64,000 nucleotides of DNA from Selaginella moellendorffii (Eukaryota > Plantae > Lycopodiophyta). The DNA lies in assembly GCF_000143415.4 (NCBI RefSeq), contig NW_003314382.1, forward strand, positions 1 to 64,000. Reading direction: 5' to 3'. Under the pieces are notes generated by a model. It did not search any database. It was not told where the DNA came from and worked only from the letters and a program-made list of their open reading frames with translations. A program made the translations under genes and the position numbers. This document shows positions 37,216 to 48,659 of this stretch, one piece after another. Position 1 is the stretch's first letter, and every line of letters starts with the position of its first letter.

Positions 37216-39321
37216 TCAAGTGCCTTGAATGTTTGCGAGCAAAACATAACCTGCTGTGTTGCTTGAGTTGGAGCTAAGAATGCATCCAGCTGCGTGCATT
37301 CCAAGCTTGATATCATTGTGGCTTCGGCAGGCCCCGAGCAAACACATCCAATCTACAACATCGGCCTTAAACGGCATGTTGAGGATCAAATTTTTGGCTT
37401 CCACCAAGTAACCAGTCCTCGCCAATAGCGCAACCATGCAGCAGTAATGCTGCTTGATGCAATCCATTCCGTGATCCAGAGAAATTGAGAGAAAGCAGGC
37501 TCTTCCACTGGAGAGCTTTCCCTCATGGCTGGAAGCAACCAAGTACGAAACGAAACATGTCTCATCCGGAGGGCTTACGAGCTGCATTGAGTCGAAAGCC
37601 TCAAACACTCTCATAGACTGGCCATTGTGGCAGTAAGCTGCTAGCATCGTGCTCCAAGACACGCCACCGTGGTGAGGCATTGTCTCAAACACACGGCTAG
37701 ACTTGAAGATTTGGCCATTCTGGGCGTATGCTCCAAGCATCGAGTTCCAGGTTGCCAAGTCTCTTTCCGGCATTTCCATGAACATCTTGATGGAGCTTTC
37801 AAGGTTTTGAGCTTGGTTGTACGCTGCCAGCATGATGTTGCATGAGATGAGAGTGAACTGTGGCATCTGATCAAACAAAGCTTTGGCCTCCTCTAGGTGT
37901 CCATGCAAAGCGTAGGCATTTAGCATGCATGAAAGGGAGATCACGTCTTGTTGAGGCATCTGGTCAAATGTAAACTTCGCTCCTTCCAAATCGCCCTTTT
38001 GAGCGTATGCTTCCAGCATCGACGTAGATGTCACCATGTTTATCTGCGGCATCTCATCAAACATTTGCTTGGCCTTGTCAAAATTCCCGGCTTGCACATA
38101 CATTGCAAGGAGACAGTTCCAAGTCACCAAGTCTCTTTGCGGCATTTTATCGAAAAATGCTTTAGCTTCTCCTGAATTACCACTCTCGGCAAGTGCCACC
38201 AACATTGAGCTCCAGGTGACAAGATCTCTTGCAGGCATTTCGTGAAACATATGTCTTGCTGTTTCTATATGCCCGTTTTGGGCATAAGCCAATAGCATAG
38301 TATTCCAGGAAACCATATCCCTCTGGGGCATATCCTCAAAAACAGTTTCGGCCTTTTCTATTTCTCGATTTTGCGCAAAGGCAGCGAGCATACACGTCCA
38401 TGATACTAGATCTCTTTCGGGCATTTTGCCAAACAAGTTCCTAGCTCTCTCAAGGAGGCCGTTTTGGGTATATGCAGCGAGCATAGAAGCCCAGGCAACT
38501 ACGTTCCTCACAGGCATACGACTAAATATTCTAAAAGCGTCTTCTACGTGACCACTGTTACCGTAAGTTACCAGCATTGTTGTCCAAGCCACGAGATCTC
38601 TCTCTGGCATTGAGAAAAACATATGCTCGGCGTGCTCCAAGTGCCCATTCTGGGCGTATGCTACTAACATTGACGTCCAAGTTATCAAGTTTCTTAACGG
38701 CGCGTTGTCGAAAGAAGATCTTGCTTGTTGGATATCGCCGTTTTGTGCAAACGCGGATATGATAGTGTTCCATGACACGAGATCCCTCTGAGGCATCGAT
38801 CCAAACATGTGCTTTGCTGCCTCAAGATGACCTTCTTTGGCATATGCTGCAAGCATGGTAGTCCAGGAGATCAAATCTCTTTGCGGCATCTCGTCAAAGA
38901 TATGCTTGGCGTCGCGGAGGTATCCATTCTTGGCGTACACGTTGAGGATCAAAAACCAGGAAAAGGCGTTTGGAGCGACCATGGAATCGAAAGTTCTTTG
39001 CGCATCCCAGACGCTGCCAAACCTGCCGTAAAGATCGATCATCTTGTTGTTGAGAAACACGTCGTTGGGACGAATCCCGGCATGGATCTCTCGAGCAAAA
39101 GAGAGGGTCCGGCATGTCTGGATGAGCTCCAAGCAATCCACCTTCAAAGATTTGACTTTCGGAGCTTGCGGCGCTTCCGAGATAGCACTGAGCTCCTTGT
39201 CACGGTATACTCCTGATGTCTGGGAACCCCAGGTCAGCGGTTGCGTTCGAGCCGTACAAGGAGGTCGGACAAAGTCCTCAACGAAGTCCACGCAATCAAA
39301 CAGTCCATGAGCTTTGACCAT
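37216..39321 (-). CDS. SS-repeat-rich PPR protein with E domain (701 aa; start uncertain)
   Basis: About 15 regular 31-aa repeats (RDLVSWxxMLAAYAQNG), HYCCMVALLARTG, DWMCLLGACR. Confidence 0.88.
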   Translation of the reverse strand: MVKAHGLFDCVDFVEDFVRPPCTARTQPLTWGSQTSGVYRDKELSAISEAPQAPKVKSLKVDCLELIQTCRTLSFAREIHAGIRPNDVFLNNKMIDLYGRFGSVWDAQRTFDSMVAPNAFSWFLILNVYAKNGYLRDAKHIFDEMPQRDLISWTTMLAAYAKEGHLEAAKHMFGSMPQRDLVSWNTIISAFAQNGDIQQARSSFDNAPLRNLITWTSMLVAYAQNGHLEHAEHMFFSMPERDLVAWTTMLVTYGNSGHVEDAFRIFSRMPVRNVVAWASMLAAYTQNGLLERARNLFGKMPERDLVSWTCMLAAFAQNREIEKAETVFEDMPQRDMVSWNTMLLAYAQNGHIETARHMFHEMPARDLVTWSSMLVALAESGNSGEAKAFFDKMPQRDLVTWNCLLAMYVQAGNFDKAKQMFDEMPQINMVTSTSMLEAYAQKGDLEGAKFTFDQMPQQDVISLSCMLNAYALHGHLEEAKALFDQMPQFTLISCNIMLAAYNQAQNLESSIKMFMEMPERDLATWNSMLGAYAQNGQIFKSSRVFETMPHHGGVSWSTMLAAYCHNGQSMRVFEAFDSMQLVSPPDETCFVSYLVASSHEGKLSSGRACFLSISLDHGMDCIKQHYCCMVALLARTGYLVEAKNLILNMPFKADVVDWMCLLGACRSHNDIKLGMHAAGCILSSNSSNTAGYVLLANIQGT

Positions 39322-40260
39322 GATCCCAAAGTGTTGAAGTCAAGCCGCACGACATCACCTGCGTGAGCGTGCTCACTGCTTGCAAACACGAAGGTGTGGT
39401 TAACTCCTCAAGGAGCATTGAGCCAACGAGCTCCAGCGTAGTTTTCGTTCTGGGCGAGTGCCTGGATGATCGAATTCCATCCCGATTAAACATCCAGGGC
39501 CTCCTCAAGCTTGGACAATTCGGGCATGGAACTTTGTCGTGGACAGGCATTTTCTCAAAAGTAACAATGACGAACATGCCATGCACAGATATAAGGCAAT
39601 TCCATGAAAGCATGCTCTCACCTTGCCTCGTCTAGATGCTCTGACACGGCATCTGCCGCGAGCATAGTAGTCCACAACACAATATTTTTCTAGAGCTTCT
39701 TGTCGTATCATATTTGTACCTGGTCCACCAGGCTTTGTGGCTGCACCCTTTGGAGTTTTTCTTAGAGAAACTCTCTTGCCATATCTAGATGCCCATATGT
39801 GGCATATGCTGTCATGAGCGCCTCTTAATGTTTTAATCGATGTGTATGGGAAGTGCAGAAGGATTTACGAGACCAGAGTGGTTTTTGGAATGCTTCTATT
39901 ATTTCCGAGCTCGCACAATCACCGCAGCAAGCCTCACGAAGCCAGGAACATCACACATGAGACAAGTGAGATCGATTATGAACGAAAATTCGTTTTTTCA
40001 TCTCACATAATCCTTCACCTGGACGAGTTCCACGTCGAAGATCTCGAACTGCTTGGAGCTGAAGAACGTCGAGGGGCCGACCGGAGGAGGAACGACAATT
40101 CTTTGCTTCCAAGGAACCAATCCACCATCGCCCAATCGCGTCTTGGATGGTCGATCCTTCTTCCGAACTCAAGAGACATCGCTTGGGCAATCGCCGCTGC
40201 GCTGTTCCAGATCGAGGTAAAACAAGATCCGGTGCTCGTGGTTACATACTTCACGACCTC
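39300..40260 (-). pseudogene. Deletion-riddled duplicate of the FKBP20-2 + PPR locus at 25465-27500
   Basis: Near-identical blocks, e.g. ccttcacctggacgag.tccacgtcgaagatctcgaactgcttggagct (27161 vs 40012) and gtgagc.tgctcac / ttctgggcgagtgcctggatgatcgaattcc (25802-25922 vs 39363-39478). Confidence 0.92.
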
Positions 40261-40619
40261 CGGAAGAGAAGAATTTTCCTGGTGGGATTGATCGATCGAT
40301 ATCTCCCTCTTCCTCTCCTCTTTTGACAATCCAGCATCCAGCAAGAATAATCGATTCTTCGTCGATTCAAGGTCAAGCTGGAAAACGATGAGGGAGATTG
40401 TTTGGTAGCGGAAGAATTGATTAGTTTGTGTGTTCTTTTGGTGAAGTGTTTCCACGTGTCATCACAATCCATATATGTGGGTAAGGAATGCCATGTCACT
40501 TTGCGTTTTATTATAAAAACTTCGATTAAAGTAAATTGAGATCGTCTCAGAATCTAAAACGCATGAAAGAAAATGGTTACCTACTTCAAAAGGTTCCAGT
40601 ATGCCTAATTTTTGTGGAA

Positions 40620-40865
40620 CCAAATAGGGAATTTGTCTATTCAATCCCACAAAATCCCAGCTTCTTGTTGTCAGCAATTTTGCCTTTCTGCTGGGTTGAA
40701 CCGATACAGCTCTGGGGAGTTCTAAAGTCCCAAAGATAGAATCTAGAACAGCTAGAAAAATTCTTACTTGACATCGCCTCAGCTTGGCCAGCTGTCATCT
40801 GAGCAGAAAATCCATTGTAGTGTTTGTAACTGTAGACGATTGATTGTTTGGACCAACTCAGCTGA
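40620..40865 (-). pseudogene. Subtilase I9 prodomain exons (inverted relative to the rest of the gene)
   Basis: SIVYSYKHYNGFSAQMTAGQAEAMS and LTTRSWDFVGL on the minus strand. Confidence 0.8.
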
Positions 40866-40871
40866 ATAATA

Positions 40872-41240
40872 GATGGCCTGAATCTGAAAGTTTTAGGGAT
40901 GGGGATTGAAGCTTTCAGCACCTCACATTGTAACAAGTATGTATAATATATAAAAAATAAAGCAATGTTAATTTACAGGAATTTTATTGGAGCAAAGTAT
41001 TTTTACCAGGGATTGCACACCACTACGAGAGGCTATGGTTTTCTCTCTGCTAGAGATAGCAGAGATCATGGAACTCACACTGTTTCAATTGCTGTGGGGA
41101 CCTTTGTTAGAAATGCCAACTTTTTGGGACTTGGGAATGGCACAGCTTCTGGAGGTGAACTAAATATCATTGATATTGTGGCTAGATTTGATAGTGACAA
41201 TGGTGTTGATATTATTTCAATATCCTTGGTGGCTGATGAT
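40872..41240 (+). pseudogene. Subtilase catalytic N-terminal part
   Basis: WPESESFRD, FIGAKYF, SARDSRDHGTHTVSIAVG, GVDIISISL. Confidence 0.85.
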
Positions 41241-42501
41241 TTTTTTTACATACATGAAGTCACTTCGTGCTCTTATCCTTTTGCTCTTTCGGCTGTACAC
41301 TCAAGAGTCATTCCATGCTTTAGTTCCTTCACTCTTTGGTTTTATGTTTAGGAGTTTGGCTCTGTTCCTTCATTCAGTGGCTCAAGGCCCTGAAACTTGG
41401 GTTTCACTCTGTTATCCCTCAACACATTGCATATAACACATGGCATGTGACATATGGCACATGGAGGGTTTAGGTGACAGTATATCTATATATCCCTTAA
41501 GGTTCTAAAACTTTATAGTGATAGTATATCTAAATCACATCCCATAATTATATATGCTACACTCAGCTCTCTTTTAGATATGGTCAATATCCTCATTGAT
41601 TATTAATTAATAACCCCTATTGAGCTAAGGGGAACAAACACCTCCACCTCATAACCCTTATTGAGATAAGGGGAACCAACACCTCCATTTTTACACCCCC
41701 CTTCAAAGATATCAATGTTTTTATTGACTATTGACTAACAACCTTATTGAGCTAACACCTTTATTTCCATATTGAATTTATCAATTTTTCTATTGTGTGG
41801 ATCAGCTATTCCATGTGAGACATCTAGTCATCCACCCATATTGTAGTCCCATAGTGGATACCTTTGTTTGTGGATGCTCTACATATGATTTCAAATTTAG
41901 GGGTAGGAATATACTTTGCTCGGGTATATTATATTTTAAGTAGCCACTAATCAATAGAAATCGAACCCATGCTATTTTCTTCAATACCACATATAACACC
42001 TTATCTCTCTCCCTTTAAGCTAACTAAAAAAGGGGCAATTGCTTGATAAAAGAGCCCTTAATGACTATTTTATCCTTATTTATCCCCCAAAGTTTCAAAG
42101 ATCTATAGTGACAATATATCCAAATCTCATCATGTGATCACATGTGCTACAATATGATACTATAGCCAATCTAGATTGCCCACATTATTGCATTATTCTC
42201 AAGGTTTAAACTTATTCCTGCCTTGATTTCATTGTAGCTCAAATATTACCTTTGGATTGATGCTCAAGTACGGGCTTATGCATTAGGTAGCTAAAATTCA
42301 ATCTAAGTTCGGCTAAGGAGGTTGCATGTGTGTGTTTTTATCATGCATAGGATTCACTTAGCCATTGAGGGCTTTGGTTAGCATTGGCACTTGAAACATA
42401 ACCTTTGCAGCTGTGGCATTCTAGTTGATATTAGTTGTACATTGCCTTTGCTCCATCTGTAAGTGCTAGGACTTGTATGCTTTGCATCCTCAAATGGTAG
42501 T

Positions 42502-42828
42502 TATCTAGTTGATCCTGCCAACGATTATATGCTTGTCTCAAAGATTAAGCCATGTATGTGTAAGTATAAATTACTTTGTATTATGAAATTGCAAATGACT
42601 CATCAAATTAGTAATAGATGGTACCTTACTACTTAGATAACTATAGTAATTCTAGAGCTAATACATGTAAAGAGTCCTGACCTCTAGAAGGGATACACTT
42701 ACTAGATTCAAGGTTAATCTGGGCTCATTTGTATTCTTGGTGATTCATGGTAAATTGTTGAATTGCATGGCTTTTATATTGATGATGCTTCAATCAAATT
42801 TTTGCCTTATCAACTTTCAATGGTATAG
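42502..42828 (+). pseudogene. Degenerate 18S rRNA 5' fragment (possibly preceded by 5'ETS remnant)
   Basis: tatctagttgatcctgcca..atatgcttgtctcaaagattaagccatg..gtaattctagagctaatacatg..tatcaacttt matches the eukaryotic 18S 5' end, with many C>T and G>A changes. Confidence 0.95.
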
Positions 42829-43222
42829 GGGGTTGGGGGGCTGGGCACCAGATGACCCACTCCTCGATATAGAGGGAGCACTATGGAGCCCGTCTTGAGG
42901 CATGTATCAAAGGAAAAAAAATTCAAAATTTTAAACTATCACACAAGGAGATAGAGCTAAAATTTGGATTATACAACTAAATGAGCAAAAGAACAAAAGC
43001 ATGGATTAACACTAGAATAATCCTAAAGCATCTAAAACCCCAACACTAAACAAAGTTTGGCACTATCTTGACAAACTAGTGGTATAATATAAAAATATAG
43101 GTACTCCACTAATTAACAACATAGTATAGAGTTTGGGGGAGATAATATCTCTAGTGATCAATTATGCCTAACCTACCTAATATTCCTATTCATATCTCCC
43201 CCCGCCCCCCGTCTCACAACCA

Positions 43223-43330
43223 GAGTAGGTCTCTATCCTATCATTAAAGTTGATAAAGTAGAAATTTGGTTAAAGCATCATTGGTACGAGGGCCAGGTAA
43301 TTTGACAAGTTCCTATGAATTATCAACACT
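43223..43330 (-). pseudogene. Second degenerate 18S rRNA fragment
   Basis: Reverse complement ..caaatttctactttatcaactttaatgataggatagagaccta matches 18S CAAATTTCTGCCCTATCAACTTTCGATGGTAGGATAG. Confidence 0.85.
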
Positions 43331-43359
43331 ACCAAATCCAAGCAAACTAACCAATTGTA

Positions 43360-44145
43360 CATAGTCATCTAGCTCAATATTATTCAAACCCAAGGACGTA
43401 ATAGCCCCTTTCTTTTGACACTTTACATCTCAAGCCCAACCAAAGATAAATTGGACCTAGTAAATATGTGGTGTGATTTCCTTAGCCAACCAACCAAGTC
43501 GGACTCAAAACCTCTCTAATATCAAATTATAAATTTTTGAATTTAAACTTCTTGGGAGGTCACCCAATTTAGTATTATTCAAACCTAAGGACACTTAACC
43601 CTAAGTATCATAAGACCCTTGGAAAAAAAGGTGCAATAGACCTTTTTTTATATATTTAAACTTTTATAAGTCATCTCTTAAGTCATTCCTTTTAGTTGCT
43701 GACACCCACCTTCCACAAACTAAAAGTGTATAGGTGACATCTATCCAAGTTGTAAGCTCCTAAGTTTGGACTTCTCGGAAGGTCATTTAGCCCAATACTA
43801 TTCAGACCCAAGGATACTTAATCCCAAGTATCTTAAGACCCTTAACCGATTAGAAAAAAAAGTGCATTTTTATTCATAGGCCCTTTCCTTTTATATTTGA
43901 ACCCCATGGATTGTCTTTTAAGTTGTTCCCTTTGGTTGCTTACACAAGTGTGAAGTTCTGTTTTATACTATAGAGTATAAAGTCAAAACCACATGCATTA
44001 TAATGAGTTTTTGGATTTGATACTACTCAAATTCAAAGACAATTAACCCTAAATATTTTAAAACTCTTAATAAATTGGAAAAGAGGTGCACTTTTGTTTA
44101 TGGGCCCTTTCCTTTTATATTTGAACCCTAACGGATTATCTCACT
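43360..44145 (-). mobile_element. Cassandra-like TRIM tandem array with 5S rRNA-derived LTR domain
   Basis: LTR 43751-43944 bounded by TGTAAGC/GCTTACA; second LTR 43528-43704; partial copies near 43365-43400 and 44000-44145. Each carries 5S A/C-box similarity. PPT-like GGAAGGTGGG and degenerate PBS TGATATTAGAG. Confidence 0.8.
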
Positions 44146-46975
44146 CTATATAGCGTGAAATTAACTTTAGTTACTTTCATTTTGATCAGTTTCTGTTTTT
44201 CTTGGTGACATTGCTAGAAGTTTGTAGATGGTTATCGCACTCTGTTGGTCTTGCTCAAAGCAGGGCTCCGCTATTTATTTCGACAAAAAGTATATGCTTC
44301 TCACTCACCATCTGTGACAACAAACTCATGTGAAAACTCGACTATCTCCCTCTCTCAAGTCATTCTTTTTAGTTGTTTACACATGTATGGGATTATATGG
44401 TGGCAGAAGGTCAACATGATGTGGTGAGGAGTTTAGTGGTAATGTGCTAAGGGATAAAGAGGTAAGGACACTATATTGGTACGTAACAATGTAAAGCATT
44501 ATAAAAGGTAATGGAGTAAAGAGGGATAGGGAGAAAGAAAGATAAATTAGGGATTGTCATATTATAATAGCTATGGTGGACAATGATATAACTTTAAGAA
44601 TTGCAAATATTGTGGCAACAATAGTAGTGAGGTAAGTTGGGATACATAAATCAAGCAAAAAGATGTTAAATTTCATTCAACAAGCTTATAATTACACTTG
44701 CTAGAATGAAGATCCAACAGTAATCCTTGGAAATGGTTAGGATCTTGAGTGTTGGTGAGTGAGACTCAAGAAATATTCTTAGATGGCATGAATTGTTGTA
44801 TTGTCGCATCAATTAATGTTGAAACATAAGCTATGAGAGAGGTGAATGCCAACCCCTAGTAAGTCCCCTTTTCATATATTTGCCAAGGTTTGGATCATCC
44901 CAACCTCCACCATGTATTGCAGCATCCATTCTATGAAGATAGAATGGCCAAAGCTTTTTTGTTTTTTTTTTCTCTTGGTGGTCCCCGAGTTTAAAGTTTC
45001 TTTGAGTTTATTATAATGAATTTTCTAGTAGTTCTTAAGTTATTTGTGATGAATTTCTTTCTTTTGTTTCACAGGTTGGGAGCATGATGTGCTACTGTGG
45101 TGGATGCTAGCCTCTCCATCACCAATTTCCAGCAATTCATGGTAGAAACTCGAAGTTGCATCCAACTTGCCACAATTGTGATCCCAAAGGCAAGGAGGGG
45201 CAACCACATAGCCAACTTTCCTTACGAAACACCATGGTTCTTACCTATATTATTTTCCCAAGCCTTCCAAACAAGCCTACCAATGTATATGTGGTAGAGT
45301 TCCATACAACCATCATAAGACTATTTGGATGGTAGTAGAAGCTCCTCATTAGCAACATTTTCTACTCATAACAGAAGGCCTAGGGATGGCCAAGGAGTGG
45401 ATCTATATGATCAAATGCAACTAGGAAAACACATCTTTTAACATTTGTATCACTTCGAGGGGAACCCTAAGAAGGATACTTGTGAAGTCTATAAGTGTGT
45501 AACCTACACATAAAAGGTAAATGCTCTTTACATTGTTTTTTCTTGAATGCCAAATCTTTTGATTTCAAGAGAAGTTATTAATGAAGAAATCATAAGTCTT
45601 TTCATGCAATTTCTTGGTTTAGGTTTCTTTCTTTTTTCTTTAAAGACTTATGATGTTTTTCAAGAAAGCAAATGTATAAGGTTGAGGATGATGTCCAAGA
45701 AGGCATTATTCCTATATAGTTAATAGTGAATAGAAAACTCATACTAAAGTGATCAAGGCATTTATTTATTTTTAAATCTTCCTAGTTACAGTAGATCTAT
45801 GTTGAAACCATAGCTTTATTCCTATTCCACAATTTCTAAGCATTCTATATAAACTAAACATTCATGTTCTGGGAGTTGAGTTTGTGTGATGAGAAACAAG
45901 GGGGAGTCAGATTTATAAGCAGGGAATTGCTAGAGGCTCTATCTCCTATAAACAATGATGTTTATGGTATCTAGAGAAGAGTTTATTTACTTTGATCTTA
46001 TTATTTTATCATTTATCATTTAAGCAACTTTCATTGTGGGGTGCCTAGTGAGCCTAAACTCAAACTATAGGGAGAGCTATGTATTTAGATTAAGGCACTC
46101 TTGAGCATAGAAGTTGAGTATATATATGCCACTTTGAGGAGATTCTTTGGCTTAAGACCTTGGTTTGAGCTACAAGTAGGAAGAGCTAACAATTTTTCAT
46201 AACACTTTGACAAAAAATCAATGATTTGATTGCATGAAAAAATACAGCTAAGTTTATTTTATTCATGAATAGGTTGAGTGGGAAAGTGAGATAAAAGAAT
46301 TTCTCTAGTCTCTAAATTTTTTTTTAAAAATGGTAATATATATTATCTTACTCTAGCTAATCTGTATAATAAGCCATTTAGGATCAATTTAATCTAAAAT
46401 ATTGGTAAGGAAAATCAACGAATTACCCACTAAGTTTTTAGTATATATATGTCATTATATGCATTCCTTATATTTTGTGGTTTAATATTAAAAAACAATT
46501 TAAATATTCTATAGAAATAATTATTAAAAATTAATAGAAAGTAAAAAAAATTAAAATCCTTGTATATGCTACTATAGGATGCCAAGAGTTTAAACAATAT
46601 TGCTATATAACATATGTACAACTTTAAAATGCACTATATTTTTAGAGTGGCGACACAACTAACTTAAACCCCAATTTTGTTACTAAAGTGCCACTTTGCA
46701 TTTAATTAAAATCTTGTTTAAAAAACTAATTTCTATTTACAAAGAAACCTAAAATAACAATAGCATATTATATTTAAGTTTATGGAATTGTAACAGTTTT
46801 AACTAATATTGCTTTAGAACTTATAATACTAATAAAACTAAATTAAAATTAATTTATGATTTTTTATAAATTAAAAATATAAATATTTGTAATAAATCCC
46901 TTTATCAAACAATATGATTTATAATCCTAAAAAAATTTCAGAAATATAAATATAAAATAGAATTCTAGTAATATT

Positions 46976-47377
46976 TTAAGGTATAATGCATTGAGGCTTA
47001 ATCTCAAAAAATTCAACAAGGGTGTATTTTTCATGTTTATAGCAACCTTGAAATGACCATAAATTCCAGCCATACCATCCTTCAGATTCATATTTTGCTG
47101 AACCTTCAAATACTATCACTTTATAATCATTACTGCTATTAATTGTAAAGTCTATATTTTCTAATTGAGGATTTGGATCACTTGAAAATTCAAAACTTTG
47201 TGATGATCTATAAATAAAAATGTTAACATCTCCTCCATGTTTAACACTATACCAATTTAAAATACATTTCATAAGTGTTTCTGGGTCATCAGAGTTACAA
47301 TCAAATTTCTGATTATAACAATAACTGAAGTAATTTAATAGAAGAAAAAAATTAAGATGAGTTTTCTTATACGACAT
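46976..47377 (-). CDS. AT-rich small putatively secreted protein of unknown function (133 aa)
   Basis: Intact ATG ORF in stop-rich AT DNA, hydrophobic N-terminus, TATAAATA about 90 nt upstream, globular-looking C-terminus YKVIVFEG..EGWYGWNLWSFQGC. Confidence 0.55.
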   Translation of the reverse strand: MSYKKTHLNFFLLLNYFSYCYNQKFDCNSDDPETLMKCILNWYSVKHGGDVNIFIYRSSQSFEFSSDPNPQLENIDFTINSSNDYKVIVFEGSAKYESEGWYGWNLWSFQGCYKHEKYTLVEFFEIKPQCIIP

Positions 47378-48659
47378 TTCAGAAGAAGAAATTAGAAATA
47401 ATATATAAGAAATATAAAATAAATAGGTGAAAAAGAAATAAGTAAAATCTATTACAATTAAGCAGTATATTTATAAAAATATATCATAGAGCAGAATTTT
47501 ATAGAAAATTTCAATAAACCCTCCAACACAAGATAAATGATATTGTTTTGGGCTTATATTTATAATAATAGTGTTATTCTTGTTTATATCTATATAATAA
47601 TACCAATTTAGAGTTTAGGTGTAGAGTTTATTCAATGATTAAGAAGGTTTTTCTATTGATAAATATAAAACTTAGATAGTTCAATAAGGAGATCTTAATG
47701 AACACTCCTCATGATTTGCACCTTGTTGAACGAAAAGAACATAAGATTGCTATTAAGCCTAGATCTGATTTGTATCCTTCTTAAATTTTGTTAATTGGAA
47801 GTGTCTATATACCTCCACCAGCTAACACTCTCCTTTCATATGTGTTTGCATCCCTCCCCTCCCTACCACTACCCATCTACATCCCTTTGCCACCTATGCC
47901 TCCCCTTCCTATTCTATAAAGCATATTCATCCCTCCTCTAAGTTAGCTTCCATCTCAACAAGAATATAGCATTGTAGATGGAGGCAAATAAAGCCATTCA
48001 TTTGTGTTGCCAAAAGTTGGGAAATAATAAAACTTGTGCTATAAGGTTTAAAGGTATGTGATAAGGTGGCTAAATAGCACAAAGGATCTTTAATGATGCC
48101 CAAAGGGATCTCTAATCAGGCATTTGCAACTAAGACCTAAGTAGATCATAAAGTTATGGCAGATGATGGTGTTGGTAGTATATAAGTTAGTGCTTGAGAT
48201 AGTTTTGGGCTTGAATAGTTTTATTGAGCACTATCATAATTGCCACACAAACAATGTTATCACTTCATATATAATTGTTTATAAAATGTTGAAAGATGAA
48301 ATGGCAACATGTAAGCACTATAGAGTGATAGTGGTAGGCAAGAATGACAATTTGCAATTATAATATTTGACACTAATACTATCATAGACATTTAACATAT
48401 GATAAAATTTTCATTTCATGTAAGGATGCATTTAAATTTCTTTTGCCTCATTGTCAACACATTGATTCCATCTATACCTCCTCCTATATTGGTATTGTGG
48501 GGAAAATTCACCTTGCATTTGTTGATCTATGGCTTTTGCATAGTTAGAGAGACTTCCAAAGCCTCCAATTTTAGAAACTCTAGGTGATTGTGATCTATAA
48601 ATTAGAACTAAATATGTATTGAAATCTTAATAAACATAATTAGTGCTTACATAAGTTAG

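Noticed and set aside
41610-41760. Short direct repeats (cc.tattgag.taagggga..aacacctcca) superficially CRISPR-like
   Set aside because: Only 2-3 degenerate copies with no regular spacers, in eukaryotic TE debris.
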